From NCBI GenBank assembly GCA_963745075.1, contig CAVUWV010000021.1:137841-201840 (forward strand): 64,000 bases of DNA, given 5' to 3'. Each line of letters opens with the position of its first letter. Positions within the stretch are counted from its first letter, which is position 1. The notes under the pieces are model-generated. The model saw only the letters and a list, made by a program, of their open reading frames with translations, was not told the origin of the DNA and ran no database searches. Source of the stretch: Candidatus Hydrogenedentota bacterium (lineage in GTDB: Bacteria > Hydrogenedentota > Hydrogenedentia > Hydrogenedentales > SLHB01). This document shows positions 63,847 through 64,000 of this stretch, in pieces. The position numbers and the translations under genes are program-made.

Positions 63847-64000
63847 TCAATTCTCGGAACTCGCACCCAACAATCGAAGTCCATTGAAGATGACGATCAA
63901 CGATGCGCCCATATCCGCGAGGATCGCCAGCCACAAGGTGCCCCAGCCAACGAGTGCCAGAATAAATACGACCACTTTCAGCCCCAGCGCAATCGCTACG
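63847..64000 (-). CDS. C-terminus of heavy-metal P1B-type ATPase (ZntA/CadA-like), partial
   Basis: ..LGLKVVVFILALVG..TLWLAILADMGASLIVIFNGLRLL..stop. Confidence 0.85.
   Translation of the reverse strand, partial: VAIALGLKVVVFILALVGWGTLWLAILADMGASLIVIFNGLRLLGASSEN

Overview
GC-rich bacterial chromosomal segment, probably from a long-read metagenome assembly, since many otherwise intact genes carry single-base frameshifts. The gene repertoire resembles Hydrogenedentes/PVC-type bacteria (inference only). Core and envelope genes: SpoIIM/RDD membrane pair, pdxJ, STAS protein plus Hanks kinase, three GT-C and one GT2 glycosyltransferases, a lone short flagellin, type-2 valS, HU, aguA-aguB, a 7-CxxCH cytochrome c lipoprotein, pilC, MoxR-VWA, M16 peptidase, tatA, a sigma-54 activator with an Asp->Glu receiver, recQ, a VWA-kinase-regulator operon, ppk1 and the end of a heavy-metal P-type ATPase. 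Accessory content: an Xre-RES toxin-antitoxin pair with clear twin operators; an AlbA_2/Schlafen-ATPase + ParA pair; a complete 1521-bp IS481-like element (6-bp target duplication CCTAAT, tandem subterminal repeats) with a ~240-bp structured non-coding segment that may be an IS-encoded RNA; two copies of a 79-bp MITE-like element, each starting at a TAG stop codon; and REP-like palindromes. I recognised no CRISPR array, rRNA or tRNA.
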